Part shown: piece by piece, positions 1 through 10,347 of the stretch
Numbering within the stretch: the first letter of the stretch is position 1
Layout: every line of letters starts with the position of its first letter
Origin: an uncultured Gammaproteobacteria bacterium
Lineage (GTDB): Bacteria > Pseudomonadota > Gammaproteobacteria > Steroidobacterales > UBA11654
DNA: 62,419 bases
Direction of reading: 5' to 3'
Assembly: GCA_964008355.1 (NCBI GenBank)
Contig: CAXGBD010000001.1
Coordinates: 1-62,419, forward strand
Position numbers and translations under genes: made by a program
Notes under the pieces: generated by a model
Databases searched by the model: none
What the model was told of the DNA's origin: nothing
The model's input: only the letters and a program-made list of their open reading frames with translations

Positions 1-1
1 A

Positions 2-361
2 GCAGATAAAATACTTTTGGTTTCACTCTTCATAACTCTTTTTAGAATGGAGTTGATACCCTTTTGGCTTACCTTGATCGTTATTCTACGAGATGTCATG
101 ATTGTTTTTGGCTTAGGATTGTATCGATATTTTGTAGATATTCCTGAGATGAATCCAACTCGTATCAGTAAGTTTAATACTTTTACACAACTGGCATTTG
201 TTTTGTTTGTTATTGCTTACCAAATTATCCCATTTCCTTTTGAATATCTCTCAATGCTCTTTGGAGCCTTGGTTTCTGTAACTTCTATTGTTAGCGGTTT
301 AGATTATTGGATTAGTTGGAGTATTCTGGCAAAAAAGAAAATTTACCAAAATGGGGATTAA
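2..361 (+). CDS. CDP-alcohol phosphatidyltransferase family protein, C-terminal part (5' end outside window)
   Basis: The frame is open from nt 2 (ADKILLVSLF...), upstream of the TTG used by the ORF track. ADK fits the end of the family D-x3-D motif. The rest is hydrophobic helices, and the stop abuts the hda start. Confidence 0.6.
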   Translation, partial: ADKILLVSLFITLFRMELIPFWLTLIVILRDVMIVFGLGLYRYFVDIPEMNPTRISKFNTFTQLAFVLFVIAYQIIPFPFEYLSMLFGALVSVTSIVSGLDYWISWSILAKKKIYQNGD

Positions 362-1042
362 GTGGAGCAGTTATTACTTCCAGTATCAATCTCTGAACAT
401 ATGGTTTTTGATAGTTTCTATCCTGGGCCAAATATTGAAATATACCAATCAATAAAAATAGATTCCCAGAAATTATTATGGATTGCTGGTGCTAAAGGAT
501 CCGGGAAAACCCATTTGTTACAAGCAGCACTCCATCAATGCTTTTCTGTTTCAAAAAAAGGATTGTATATTCCAATGCGTGATTTTAAAGAGTTTAATCC
601 AGAAATTTTAGATAATCTAGATCAACTCGATCTCATATGTATTGACGATATTGAGTGTGTTCTAGGGAAGAGAATCTGGGAAGAAAAACTGATGGGTCTT
701 TATGAAAAACTACAAACAACGAAAGCACAATTGGTTGTTGGATCCTTTGAGTCACCGAAAGGTACTCATTTTTATTTACCTGATCTTGCTTCTCGGTTTG
801 CTATGTTTATGGTTCATAAACTGGAGTTACTTGCTGAGTCTGAAACAATATCTGCAATTCAGTTACATGCAAATTCCAGAGGATTTGACCTGCCTGATGA
901 TTGTGCAAAATATCTAATCAGACGTGTTCAAAGAGATGTGAGTTCATTAGTTGAAATAATTCAGCTACTGGATTATGAATCGCTATCAAAAAAAAGAATA
1001 TTGACTATTCCGTTTATAAAAAGCATTTTAAATCTTGGATAA
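362..1042 (+). CDS. hda: DnaA regulatory inactivator Hda (DnaA-related AAA+ protein)
   Basis: About 226 aa with Walker A GAKGSGKTHLLQA and the box DLICIDDIE. Length and layout are typical of Hda. GTG start lies directly after the upstream stop. Confidence 0.85.
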   Translation: MEQLLLPVSISEHMVFDSFYPGPNIEIYQSIKIDSQKLLWIAGAKGSGKTHLLQAALHQCFSVSKKGLYIPMRDFKEFNPEILDNLDQLDLICIDDIECVLGKRIWEEKLMGLYEKLQTTKAQLVVGSFESPKGTHFYLPDLASRFAMFMVHKLELLAESETISAIQLHANSRGFDLPDDCAKYLIRRVQRDVSSLVEIIQLLDYESLSKKRILTIPFIKSILNLG

Positions 1043-1099
1043 AAAAGCAAATATTGAATCACGCCTTGACCTGCATATGAGGTCTTGATAGGTTTAGGG

Positions 1100-1444
1100 A
1101 TGTTCAAGTCTTTTATTACCATGAATCATTCAATATCAGGTCCTATAAAAATTCTAAGCGTTGCCTTGGTTTCAACTTTACTTTTATCTTGTGCAACTTT
1201 ACCACCTTTACAGGAAATGAGTAATGCCAGGCAGACTATTGCGGCAGCAAAAGAATTCAGTCCTAATGCGGCTACTGATAAAAAAATCTTGGAAGCTGAA
1301 CGTTTGCTTGAACGAGCAGAAAGACGGATTGAGGTGACTTTATATGAACAGGCCAGACTCGATGCACTTCGAGCTCGAAATGAAGCAATTGAATACCTTG
1401 AACAAGCAATTGCACAAAGAGCTATATCTTCTTCACCCGATTAA
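1100..1444 (+). CDS. small lipoprotein, DUF4398-like helical protein
   Basis: Signal peptide with lipobox LLLSC, then an Ala/Glu/Arg-rich helical region. The start is uncertain (TTG 1085, ATG 1100 or ATG 1121). Confidence 0.55.
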   Translation: MFKSFITMNHSISGPIKILSVALVSTLLLSCATLPPLQEMSNARQTIAAAKEFSPNAATDKKILEAERLLERAERRIEVTLYEQARLDALRARNEAIEYLEQAIAQRAISSSPD

Positions 1445-1457
1445 AGAAAATAGGACT

Positions 1458-2705
1458 TTAAGAGCTAAATTTTTCAAGAAAAGCAGGAAGCTTTGCAAAA
1501 GGTATACTGGTGTTACTCTTTTCTCCTCTGGCTTTAAATTCTATGCCTTGACTCTTCAGACCTTTCTTGCTTAAAACCAGTTGTTTTGGGATCCCTATTA
1601 AATCCGCATCGGCAAATTTTACTCCAGCTCTCTCATCCCTATCGTCAAGTATTACTTCGAGACCATATTCTAAAAGTTGCTGATAAATTTCATATGCTTT
1701 TTTCGAGACTTCATCTTCCAAATTTTGATTCAATGATATGATAGAAATTTGGAAAGGGGTTATAGAATCAGGCCAAATAATCCCGGATTGGTCATTATTT
1801 TGCTCAATAGCAGCAGCAACTATCCTAGAGACGCCGATTCCATAACAACCCATTAATGGATGTGTAGAGTTACCTTTTTCATTGGAAACCACGCAATTCA
1901 TATGTTTGCTGTATTTATCACCTAGTTGGAAAATATGGCCAACTTCGATGCCTCGTGCGTAGGAAAGTTGTCCTCCATTGGGAGCTGTGTCCCCATCGAT
2001 CATTTCAACATTGGCAGCAAACTCTTCTTCATCACAATATCCGATCTTGTCTTCTCCAGAGTCAGCTAGAACAACATATTCATGTGAAAGAGAACCACCA
2101 ATTTCTCCGCTTCCAGCCCGAACTCTACGATAATCCAATCCAATCCTAGTGAAAATAGTATCGTAGGTTCTACCCATATTTTCATATTCTTGGTCAAGCG
2201 ATTTCTGATCCATATGAAATGAGTAAGCATCTTTCATGAGAAACTCTCTGGCTCTCATTACGCCGAATCTAGGTCTTATTTCATCTCTAAACTTAGTTTG
2301 AATTTGATAGTAATTGATTGGCAGTTGGCGGTATGTTTTTAGTTCATTTCTAACAATGTCCGTAATCACTTCTTCATGAGTTGGGCCAAAACAAAATGAT
2401 CGTTCGTGTCTATCTTTCATTTTTAAAAGAAGATTGCCATACTCTTTCCATCTGCTAGTTTCTTCCCATAAGTTTGAAGGCTGAATGGCGGGCATAGATA
2501 GTTCATATGCCCCCGATGCATCCATTGCTTCCCTGACAATGTGTTCAATTTTTCTAATTACTTTTAGACCTATAGGCATCCAGGTAAACAAGCCCGAAGC
2601 CAGTTTCTTGATCAATCCTGCTCTCAGCATTAATTGATGCGATACCAATTCAGCATCCGAGGGCGTTTCTTTGTAGGTTATTAAAGGGTATTTTGATAAT
2701 TGCAT
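1458..2705 (-). CDS. proS: prolyl-tRNA synthetase, bacterial type but lacking the INS editing domain
   Basis: Collinear with E. coli ProRS at both ends (SHQLMLRAG, YQIQTKFRDEIRPRFGVMRAREFLMKDAYSF, RGIEVGHIFQLGDKYS, GCYGIGVSRIVAAAIEQ). It is only 415 aa against about 572 aa. Confidence 0.9.
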   Translation of the reverse strand: MQLSKYPLITYKETPSDAELVSHQLMLRAGLIKKLASGLFTWMPIGLKVIRKIEHIVREAMDASGAYELSMPAIQPSNLWEETSRWKEYGNLLLKMKDRHERSFCFGPTHEEVITDIVRNELKTYRQLPINYYQIQTKFRDEIRPRFGVMRAREFLMKDAYSFHMDQKSLDQEYENMGRTYDTIFTRIGLDYRRVRAGSGEIGGSLSHEYVVLADSGEDKIGYCDEEEFAANVEMIDGDTAPNGGQLSYARGIEVGHIFQLGDKYSKHMNCVVSNEKGNSTHPLMGCYGIGVSRIVAAAIEQNNDQSGIIWPDSITPFQISIISLNQNLEDEVSKKAYEIYQQLLEYGLEVILDDRDERAGVKFADADLIGIPKQLVLSKKGLKSQGIEFKARGEKSNTSIPFAKLPAFLEKFSS

Positions 2706-2900
2706 GGATACGATGACTATAATTATTTTGAGTTAATTATACTATTCTATTTTTCTCTCTGATAGCGACTCTGCAGATAGTTTTTATTTTTTGGATGAAA
2801 GTAATCTTGATAAAGACTATGGTGACTAATTTCCAAGATCAGCCCCAATTCTTTATAATGTCTTTTTAATTTTACTACCAAAATACTTTGTGATTTTCAT

Positions 2901-3695
2901 ATGCCAATAAAAACGAAAAGAATTAAGGCACGCAAACAACTAAGGCAAGGAATTTATCTGTTGCCAAATTTGTTTACGACTGCCAATTTATTTGCAGGCT
3001 GTTTCTCATTAATTAATACCTTGAATGGTAATTATCAGATTGCTGTAATTGCTATTTTTGTAGCTGTATTTTTAGATGGTGTCGATGGTAAGGTTGCTCG
3101 TCTTACAAATGCAGCTTCAAATTTTGGTAAGGACTATGATAGCTTGTCAGATCTGGTGTCGTTTGGTGTAGCACCGGCTCTACTGTTTTATTTTTGGGGA
3201 TTAAACAATTTATCAACTTTTATTAATGTTTGGGAGAAGACAGCTTGGCTGATGTCTTTTTTTTATATCGTCTCCATGGCTTTAAGATTGGCACGTTTTA
3301 ATAATCAACTCCAATTTGGAAATAATTCCTATTTTACAGGCTTGCCTTCACCGGCAGCAGCCACTTTTGTCGCAGTGATATTGTGGCAATGCGAGATTTT
3401 ATTATTGGATCCTAAGCTTAGTTTTTCTGTTTTAATGAGCTCTGTGATTATTACAGCAGCTTTGATGGTTTCAAAAGTTCCCTTTTATAGTTTTAAAAGT
3501 GCCCAATCCATGAACCGAATACCATTTGCCAATACGATTATGATTCCACTGATCTTCATCTTAATCTTATTGGAACCACCATTGGTACTGACTGTAATGG
3601 CATCAACTTATGTGGCATCTGGTCCAATCAATATCTTAGTTAGATTCTTTAACAAATTATATATTCGATCTCAAAAATCTAGTCATTCTGAATAA
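2901..3695 (+). CDS. pssA: CDP-diacylglycerol--serine O-phosphatidyltransferase
   Basis: CDP-alcohol transferase motif DGVDGKVARLTNAASNFGKDYDSLSDLVSFG. Multi-pass membrane protein of about 264 aa, as in type II PssA. Confidence 0.85.
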   Translation: MPIKTKRIKARKQLRQGIYLLPNLFTTANLFAGCFSLINTLNGNYQIAVIAIFVAVFLDGVDGKVARLTNAASNFGKDYDSLSDLVSFGVAPALLFYFWGLNNLSTFINVWEKTAWLMSFFYIVSMALRLARFNNQLQFGNNSYFTGLPSPAAATFVAVILWQCEILLLDPKLSFSVLMSSVIITAALMVSKVPFYSFKSAQSMNRIPFANTIMIPLIFILILLEPPLVLTVMASTYVASGPINILVRFFNKLYIRSQKSSHSE

Positions 3696-3704
3696 GAGAA
3701 TTTA

Positions 3705-4352
3705 GTGTTCAGTAGGAAAAAGATACTTCAATTGATAGGGGTTGATGTATGGCACATGAGAAAACAAAAAGAAGTTGTGTCAGAAGTTATTTCCTCAGAT
3801 CCTAATTCATGGGAAATTTTAAAAAAGGAAATAAATACATGTGAATTGTGTTCATTGCATCAAACTCGAACCCAAACGGTATTTGGTGTTGGCGATCCAA
3901 ATGCTGATTGGTTATTTATTGGTGAAGCCCCAGGTAAGGATGAAGATGCACAAGGAGAACCTTTTGTAGGAAGAGCAGGACGTTTATTAAATGAGATGAT
4001 TTTTTCTTTAGATTTATGTAGGGAAGAAATATTTATCGCCAACATACTCAAATGCAGACCCCCAAATAATAGAGATCCAAAAGCTTCAGAAGTAGATCAG
4101 TGTTTTTCTTATTTAGAACAACAGGTTCAGTTGATTGAACCAAAAATCATTATTGCGGTTGGCAAGGTTGCTGCACAGAATTTACTCGGAACAGACCAAA
4201 CAATGAGTCAACTCAGAGGGAGAGTTCACTACTTTGGGGCAATAAAAATTCCTTTGGTTGTTTTTTATCATCCAGCTTACTTACTGAGAAGCCCTTCTCA
4301 GAAACCCAAAGCTTGGCAAGATTTAATTTTGGCTAAACAGATGATTTCTTAG
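3705..4352 (+). CDS. uracil-DNA glycosylase, family 4
   Basis: Motifs GEAPGKDEDAQGEPFVGRAGRLL and C-terminal HPAYLLR. The Cys pair CELC is typical of Fe-S family-4 UDGs. GTG start. Confidence 0.85.
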   Translation: MFSRKKILQLIGVDVWHMRKQKEVVSEVISSDPNSWEILKKEINTCELCSLHQTRTQTVFGVGDPNADWLFIGEAPGKDEDAQGEPFVGRAGRLLNEMIFSLDLCREEIFIANILKCRPPNNRDPKASEVDQCFSYLEQQVQLIEPKIIIAVGKVAAQNLLGTDQTMSQLRGRVHYFGAIKIPLVVFYHPAYLLRSPSQKPKAWQDLILAKQMIS

Positions 4353-4356
4353 CTTT

Positions 4357-5616
4357 ATGCATTATTTGAAACGAAAAAAAGTACAAGCTTGGGCATTGTA
4401 TGATTGGGCAAATTCTGCCTTCTCTCTAAGTGTTGGTACCGCATTTCTTCCTGTCTTGTTCTCAAATTATTGGAATGATGGAGTAGCCTCAACTGTGACC
4501 ACATTTAGACTGGGATTGGCCAATACTTTGGCAAGTTTACTGGTAGCTATAAGTGCACCAATCATTGGTGCAATTGCAGATAGAGCAGGGCTTAGAAGTC
4601 AGTTTATAGTTTTTTTTGCTGGGATTGGCGCAGGGGCAACATTTGGTCTTTACTTTATTGGAGAAGGTTTGTGGCAATCGGCTATATTTCTTTATGTTAT
4701 TGCCACGTTTGGCTTTGCATCAAGCAATACTATCTATGACTCTCAAATCACTCAAGTTGCAGAACCATTTGAGTATGATCAGGTTTCTGCCTATGGGTTT
4801 GCCTTGGGATACATAGGAGGTGCTCTTTTATTTACCGTGAACGTTCTAATGATCAATATGTATGAGATATTTGGTTTTGTGAATCAAACAGAAGCAACCT
4901 TGTTCGCTTTTCCTCTCGTCTCATTTTGGTGGATCATTTTTACGCTCCCTTTACTTTACTTTGTTAAAGACACTTCTAGGGGCAAAAAAGAGAAACTTAT
5001 TTCCACCATTAAAGGTGGAATTTTAAGTGTTTATGAAACAATCAAAAAACTAAAAGCTACACCCAATATTTTATTATTTTTAATTGCTTATTGGTTATAC
5101 ATCGATGGTGTTTATACGATTATAAAAATGGCAGCTGACTATGGTCTTTCTCAAGGGTTGGATGTTCAGAACGTAATTGTTGCTTTACTGATAACAAATT
5201 ATATTGGTTTTCCAGCAGCATTATTTTTTGGCTATCTTGCACAGAAAATAGGTCCTAAAAATGGGATTATTATTTGCATCAGTGTTTATATTTTGGTCAC
5301 CATTGGAGCCGTCTTTATAGATCAAACCTATGAATTTTATTTATTGGCTTTAATGGTTGGTATGGTTCAAGGTGGTATTCAAAGTCTAAGCCGATCTTTT
5401 TATGCCACATTGATTCCTACTCATCATGCTTCTGAATACTTTGGATTCTTTAATTTAATGGGAAAATTTGGCGATATTATAGGCCCTGTTTTAATGGGTT
5501 ATATCTCTTTATTATTTGGCAGCCAAAGAATTGGAATACTTTCCATCTTATTGTTGTTTATCACAGGGTTGATATTATTTTTAAAAGTGAGCGATCACAA
5601 TATCAATTCGGAATAA
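4357..5616 (+). CDS. MFS transporter, UMF1/Atg22-like family
   Basis: N-terminal signature WALYDWANSAF and about 12 predicted hydrophobic helices over 419 aa. Confidence 0.8.
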   Translation: MHYLKRKKVQAWALYDWANSAFSLSVGTAFLPVLFSNYWNDGVASTVTTFRLGLANTLASLLVAISAPIIGAIADRAGLRSQFIVFFAGIGAGATFGLYFIGEGLWQSAIFLYVIATFGFASSNTIYDSQITQVAEPFEYDQVSAYGFALGYIGGALLFTVNVLMINMYEIFGFVNQTEATLFAFPLVSFWWIIFTLPLLYFVKDTSRGKKEKLISTIKGGILSVYETIKKLKATPNILLFLIAYWLYIDGVYTIIKMAADYGLSQGLDVQNVIVALLITNYIGFPAALFFGYLAQKIGPKNGIIICISVYILVTIGAVFIDQTYEFYLLALMVGMVQGGIQSLSRSFYATLIPTHHASEYFGFFNLMGKFGDIIGPVLMGYISLLFGSQRIGILSILLLFITGLILFLKVSDHNINSE

Positions 5617-5619
5617 TTC

Positions 5620-8382
5620 TTAACCTTTCGATAATCTATTAAATTGATCTTCGATTTTTGTCTTATCCCGTATTAAATGTTCCAATCTTGTTTTGAGTTG
5701 ATCAATAATTTCTTGAGGGGCTTTAGATCTAAAATCCTTATTCAAAAGTCTTTGTTTTGAAGACTTAATATCTTTGTCTATTTTTGCTAGATTTTTCTGC
5801 AACCTTTGTTTTTCATCCTCAATGTCTATTAAACCTTCCAAGGGAATAAGAATTTTCATGCCATCAAGCAGAGCGGTTGCTGATACCGGTTCTTGGTCAT
5901 CGTCACTTAAGATACTAATAGCCTCGACTGAACCCAATGCTTGAATATAATTTTGTGTTTCTTTTAAACGTTCAATCTCAATGGAAGAGGTTTCTTTCAG
6001 CAAGACAGAGATTTTCTTCTTGGGTGAAATATTCATTTCAGATCTGATTTGTCTAATGTTTGAAACAAATCCAATCAACCAGTCCATCTGATCCATGATG
6101 TTTTGATCATATGTAAAATCATCAGCTTCAGGATATGGCTCGGTCATGATGCTTTGGTTTTCTTTGTTGTCAGTGAATGATTGCCATATTTCTTCTGTTA
6201 TAAAAGGGATTATAGGGTGCAAGCATCTTAGTGTTGTTTCCATGGTGATCAAAAGATTGAAACGAGTTGTTTGTTTTTGGGTTTGTGTAGTTTTTTCATT
6301 ATTGAGAATAGATTTTGACAGTTCTAGATACCAATCACAGTAATCGTGCCAAACAAAATCATAGAGAGTTCTGGCAACCAAATCTAATCGGTAACTAGTA
6401 ATATGTCTCGCAATCGTGTTAATTAATTCATGGAGTTTACTTTGAATCCAATGATCCGCTAGAGTCATATTTTCTGAATCGAGATTAATGTCTTGTAGTT
6501 TAATTTCTGCTGTGTTCATAGTTACAAATCGAGATGCATTCCATAATTTATTGCAGAAATTTCTATAACCTTCTATCTGGTTGAGATTTAATCGAACATC
6601 TCTTCCCGTCGTTGCTAGTGATGCAAAAGTAAAGCGCAATGCATCGGTTCCAAATTCAGGGATGCCTGATTGAAATTCTTTTTTGGTTGCTTCAGTGATT
6701 GTTTTGGCCATATCGGGTTGCATCAACCCATCCGTTCTTTTTTGAATTAGTTCATTGAGATCAATGCCTTGTATTAAATCAATTGGGTCTAGAATATTGC
6801 CTTTTGATTTAGACATTTTTTGACCATCTTTATCACGAACCAATCCATGGATGTACACTTCGTTAAAGGGGATGCAATCCATAAATTTTAGACCCATCAT
6901 CACCATTCGTGCCACCCAAAAGAAAATAATATCGAATCCAGTTACTAAAACAGTTGTTGGGTAAAATGTTTCTAATTCACTGGTCTTTTTTGGCCAACCA
7001 AGTGTTGAAAAAGGCCACAAAGCAGAGGAAAACCAAGTATCGAGAACATCCTTGTCCTGGCTTAGTTTAATGGTGTCTTCAATTTTATATTTTGTTCGAA
7101 CTTCTTTTTCGGATCTGCCAACATAAACATTGTTATTAGTGTCATACCAAGCTGGAATACGATGCCCCCACCACAATTGACGACTGATACACCAATCTTG
7201 AATATTATTCATCCACTCGAAATATGTTTTTGACCAATTCTCGGGAACGAATTTTAATTCTCCATTTTTTACAGCAGCAATTGCAGGCTCAGCCAAAGGT
7301 TTAGTTTTTACAAACCATTGATTAGTTAAAAACGGTTCTAGTATAGAACCGCTTCTATCTCCCCTAGGAATGGTCAGTTTGTAATCATCAACTTTTTCCA
7401 ATAAATCAAGCGATTTTAATTTTTCAATAATGACTTCACGTGCTTTAAAACGCTCTATATCAATTAAATCTTTTGGTACGCTGTCGTTTAATTTTGCGTT
7501 TGCTGTGAAAATGTTGATGATAGGCAAGTTGTGTTTTTTGCCAATTTCAAAGTCATTAAAGTCATGTCCTGGTGTGACTTTAACACAGCCGCTTCCAAAT
7601 TCTTGATCGACATGATCATCAGCGATTATCGGTATCTTCCTTGAACAAAGTGGTAGTTCTATGTCTTTGCCAATGTATTTTTTGTAGCGATTGTCTTTTG
7701 GATGGACAGCCACTGCTGTATCACCAAGCATGGTTTCGGGTCTCGTGGTTGCAACTATAAGATAGTCAGCTGAGCCCGAAATTGGGTATTTAAGATGCCA
7801 TAGCTTCCCAAGTTCTTCGGTTTGTCTTACTTCAAGATCTGATAAAGCTGTAAGCAGTGTTGGATCCCAATTAACCAATCGTTTACCTCGATAGATCAAT
7901 CCTTCTTCATATAGTCTCACAAAGACTTCAGTCACGGCTTCAGAAAGACCTTCATCCATAGTAAAGCGTTCTCTTTGCCAATCAACCGATGCACCCATTC
8001 TTCTCAATTGATTCGAGATTGTATCTCCCGAGCGTTGTTTCCATTCCCAAACTTTTTTAGTAAAATTTTCACGACCTATTTCCAAACGAGATAAACCTTC
8101 TTTTTCAAGTGTTCTTTCCACGACCATTTGGGTTGCAATTCCAGCATGATCTGTGCCAACTTGCCAAAGAGTGTTCATGCCTTTCATTCGATAATATCTT
8201 ATTAACGTATCCATAATAGTGTCTTGAAAAGCATGTCCCATGTGAAGCGTTCCAGTAACATTTGGTGGGGGAATCATGATGCAATATGCTTCTCCTTTAT
8301 TACTCGGAGAGAAATAACCTCCTTGTTCCCAAGATTGATAAATCTTGGTCTCAATGGATTGGGGATTGTATACTTTTTTCAC
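5620..8382 (-). CDS. valS: valyl-tRNA synthetase
   Basis: 920 aa with class I motifs PPPNVTGTLHMGHA and KMSKSKGN, plus a C-terminal coiled coil. Confidence 0.97.
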   Translation of the reverse strand: MKKVYNPQSIETKIYQSWEQGGYFSPSNKGEAYCIMIPPPNVTGTLHMGHAFQDTIMDTLIRYYRMKGMNTLWQVGTDHAGIATQMVVERTLEKEGLSRLEIGRENFTKKVWEWKQRSGDTISNQLRRMGASVDWQRERFTMDEGLSEAVTEVFVRLYEEGLIYRGKRLVNWDPTLLTALSDLEVRQTEELGKLWHLKYPISGSADYLIVATTRPETMLGDTAVAVHPKDNRYKKYIGKDIELPLCSRKIPIIADDHVDQEFGSGCVKVTPGHDFNDFEIGKKHNLPIINIFTANAKLNDSVPKDLIDIERFKAREVIIEKLKSLDLLEKVDDYKLTIPRGDRSGSILEPFLTNQWFVKTKPLAEPAIAAVKNGELKFVPENWSKTYFEWMNNIQDWCISRQLWWGHRIPAWYDTNNNVYVGRSEKEVRTKYKIEDTIKLSQDKDVLDTWFSSALWPFSTLGWPKKTSELETFYPTTVLVTGFDIIFFWVARMVMMGLKFMDCIPFNEVYIHGLVRDKDGQKMSKSKGNILDPIDLIQGIDLNELIQKRTDGLMQPDMAKTITEATKKEFQSGIPEFGTDALRFTFASLATTGRDVRLNLNQIEGYRNFCNKLWNASRFVTMNTAEIKLQDINLDSENMTLADHWIQSKLHELINTIARHITSYRLDLVARTLYDFVWHDYCDWYLELSKSILNNEKTTQTQKQTTRFNLLITMETTLRCLHPIIPFITEEIWQSFTDNKENQSIMTEPYPEADDFTYDQNIMDQMDWLIGFVSNIRQIRSEMNISPKKKISVLLKETSSIEIERLKETQNYIQALGSVEAISILSDDDQEPVSATALLDGMKILIPLEGLIDIEDEKQRLQKNLAKIDKDIKSSKQRLLNKDFRSKAPQEIIDQLKTRLEHLIRDKTKIEDQFNRLSKG

Positions 8383-8397
8383 TGCTTATTATCTTGA

Positions 8398-8841
8398 TCA
8401 CTTAATGTGATGCACTTTTAAATCAAATCCTTCGGTTTTATAGTGTTTCCATCGTTCTCTAGCTTTCTCTTTTAAGATTCCATCTTCATCAACAATCTCG
8501 TGTATTTTTTTTGTTGAAATATTGGCATTGGGAATGTTTTCACTCAAGTTGATGATGGCTTCAGCAGCATCTAATGAATTTTTATGCCAGCCTATTTGCA
8601 CCGGAGCAGTCAAGGTTTCAGAATCATTTAGAATTGCATGAGGTATAAAACTTTCCTGTCGAAAAGTCCAAAGTAATTTATCCAATTGTTCTGCTTGTTT
8701 GTGATTCTTTGTTTGTATGTAAATGGGTTTAAAATTTTCTTTGAATCCTTTTTCAACTAATTTGCATACATAAAGTAAATAATCTTGATTGCTAGTGGAT
8801 TGGAAATGATGAAATAAAACATCTGGTTTTTGTTTAATCAT
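8398..8841 (-). CDS. holC: DNA polymerase III chi subunit
   Basis: 147 aa with the LLWTF...SFIPH motif. It sits in the conserved position between pepA and valS. Confidence 0.85.
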   Translation of the reverse strand: MIKQKPDVLFHHFQSTSNQDYLLYVCKLVEKGFKENFKPIYIQTKNHKQAEQLDKLLWTFRQESFIPHAILNDSETLTAPVQIGWHKNSLDAAEAIINLSENIPNANISTKKIHEIVDEDGILKEKARERWKHYKTEGFDLKVHHIK

Positions 8842-8847
8842 CCTAAG

Positions 8848-10347
8848 CTAGGATTTATTTGCTTCCTGAATCAGGAATTCAGACATTAAGGCAACTGGTC
8901 TGCCTGTGGCTCCCTTCTTATTACCTTCAAGCCAAGCAACTCCTGCAATATCAAGATGTGCCCATTCGATATCTTTCACGAATTTTTGGAGAAAACAAGC
9001 CGCAGTAACTGTACCTGCTCCACCACCACCGCCACTAATATTACCAATATCGGCAAAATTACTTTTTAATTGATCCATGTACTTTTTGCCTAATGGTAAT
9101 CTCCATGTCCCATCTCCTGCAGCTTCTCCTGCAGCCAGTAACTTATTAGCTAAATCATCTGAATTACTCATCAAGCCAGAGAGATGATGACCAAGTGCAA
9201 CTATACAAGCTCCAGTTAAAGTCGCCATATCAATAATCAGTTTTGGTTTGAAGCGATGAGAATAAGTCAATGCATCAGCGAGAATAAGCCTGCCTTCAGC
9301 ATCAGTATTGAGTACTTCAATAGTTTGTCCTGACATTGAGGTAACAATATCCCCTGGTTTTGTTGCGTTGCCACTGGGTAAATTTTCACAAGCCGGGACA
9401 ATACTTATAACGTTTATCGGCAGTTTAAGTTCTGCAACTGCTTGAAGAATTCCTATTGCTGCAGCTCCACCGCACATGTCATATTTCATTTCATCCATCT
9501 TGTTTGATGGTTTAAGTGAAATTCCACCCGTATCAAATGTAATACCTTTACCGACGATTGCAATGGGTTGTTGAGATGATATCCCCCCACTGTATTTGAG
9601 TACTATTAATTTGGCAGGCTCCACAGATCCAGCGGTGACTGACAATAAGGCTCCCATTTTTAGCCGTTTCATTTCTTTTTCATTGATGATTGTTAAAGAC
9701 ACCGATGAATGTTTGGATGCTATTTTTCTTGCTTCTTTTACTAGGTAAGAGGGAGTACATATATTTGCGGGTAAATCTGCCAGATGCCTAACTTTCTGTT
9801 TGGCCTTACCAACGGCATCTCCATGTTTAAATCCTTTTTTCATTTCAGGATTTATTTTTCTCCCATTGGTGCCAAGTGAAAGTGTTTTCAATGTAATTTT
9901 TTTGGCTTTTTTTGAATGTGTTGTTGTGTATTCATAGGTGATATCATGCCAAACTTCTGCCATTATGCGGGCAGCACGATAATCAATTTTCTTACTCGTT
10001 TTAACGACAGCAAGAAAATTTGTTGCTGATTTATGTGAGGTTGAAGATAATTTTTTCAGGGCAGATGCCAATGCTCTTTTGTATGGTCTTTCTGAGTATT
10101 TCTCGTATTCACCGCAACCGACCAATAAAATTCTCTTATAAGGTTTTTCTTGCACTGGCAACATTCGACATTGACCTAATTTGCCGCTTATATCACCATT
10201 TTTTAGAAAATCTGAAATGATGCCGTTGTTTGCAGTATCTATGGATTGGGATGCTTTTATTAAATTCCCCTTATTGAAGATAGGAATTATCAAACAGTCT
10301 GATTTTGTTTCTGTTATTTTTTCAGTCTTAATTGTGAATTTCATCAC
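8848..10347 (-). CDS. pepA: leucyl aminopeptidase (M17)
   Basis: NTDAEGRLILAD signature, VGKGITFDTGG and MKYDMCGGAA. 499 aa. Confidence 0.95.
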   Translation of the reverse strand: MMKFTIKTEKITETKSDCLIIPIFNKGNLIKASQSIDTANNGIISDFLKNGDISGKLGQCRMLPVQEKPYKRILLVGCGEYEKYSERPYKRALASALKKLSSTSHKSATNFLAVVKTSKKIDYRAARIMAEVWHDITYEYTTTHSKKAKKITLKTLSLGTNGRKINPEMKKGFKHGDAVGKAKQKVRHLADLPANICTPSYLVKEARKIASKHSSVSLTIINEKEMKRLKMGALLSVTAGSVEPAKLIVLKYSGGISSQQPIAIVGKGITFDTGGISLKPSNKMDEMKYDMCGGAAAIGILQAVAELKLPINVISIVPACENLPSGNATKPGDIVTSMSGQTIEVLNTDAEGRLILADALTYSHRFKPKLIIDMATLTGACIVALGHHLSGLMSNSDDLANKLLAAGEAAGDGTWRLPLGKKYMDQLKSNFADIGNISGGGGGAGTVTAACFLQKFVKDIEWAHLDIAGVAWLEGNKKGATGRPVALMSEFLIQEANKS

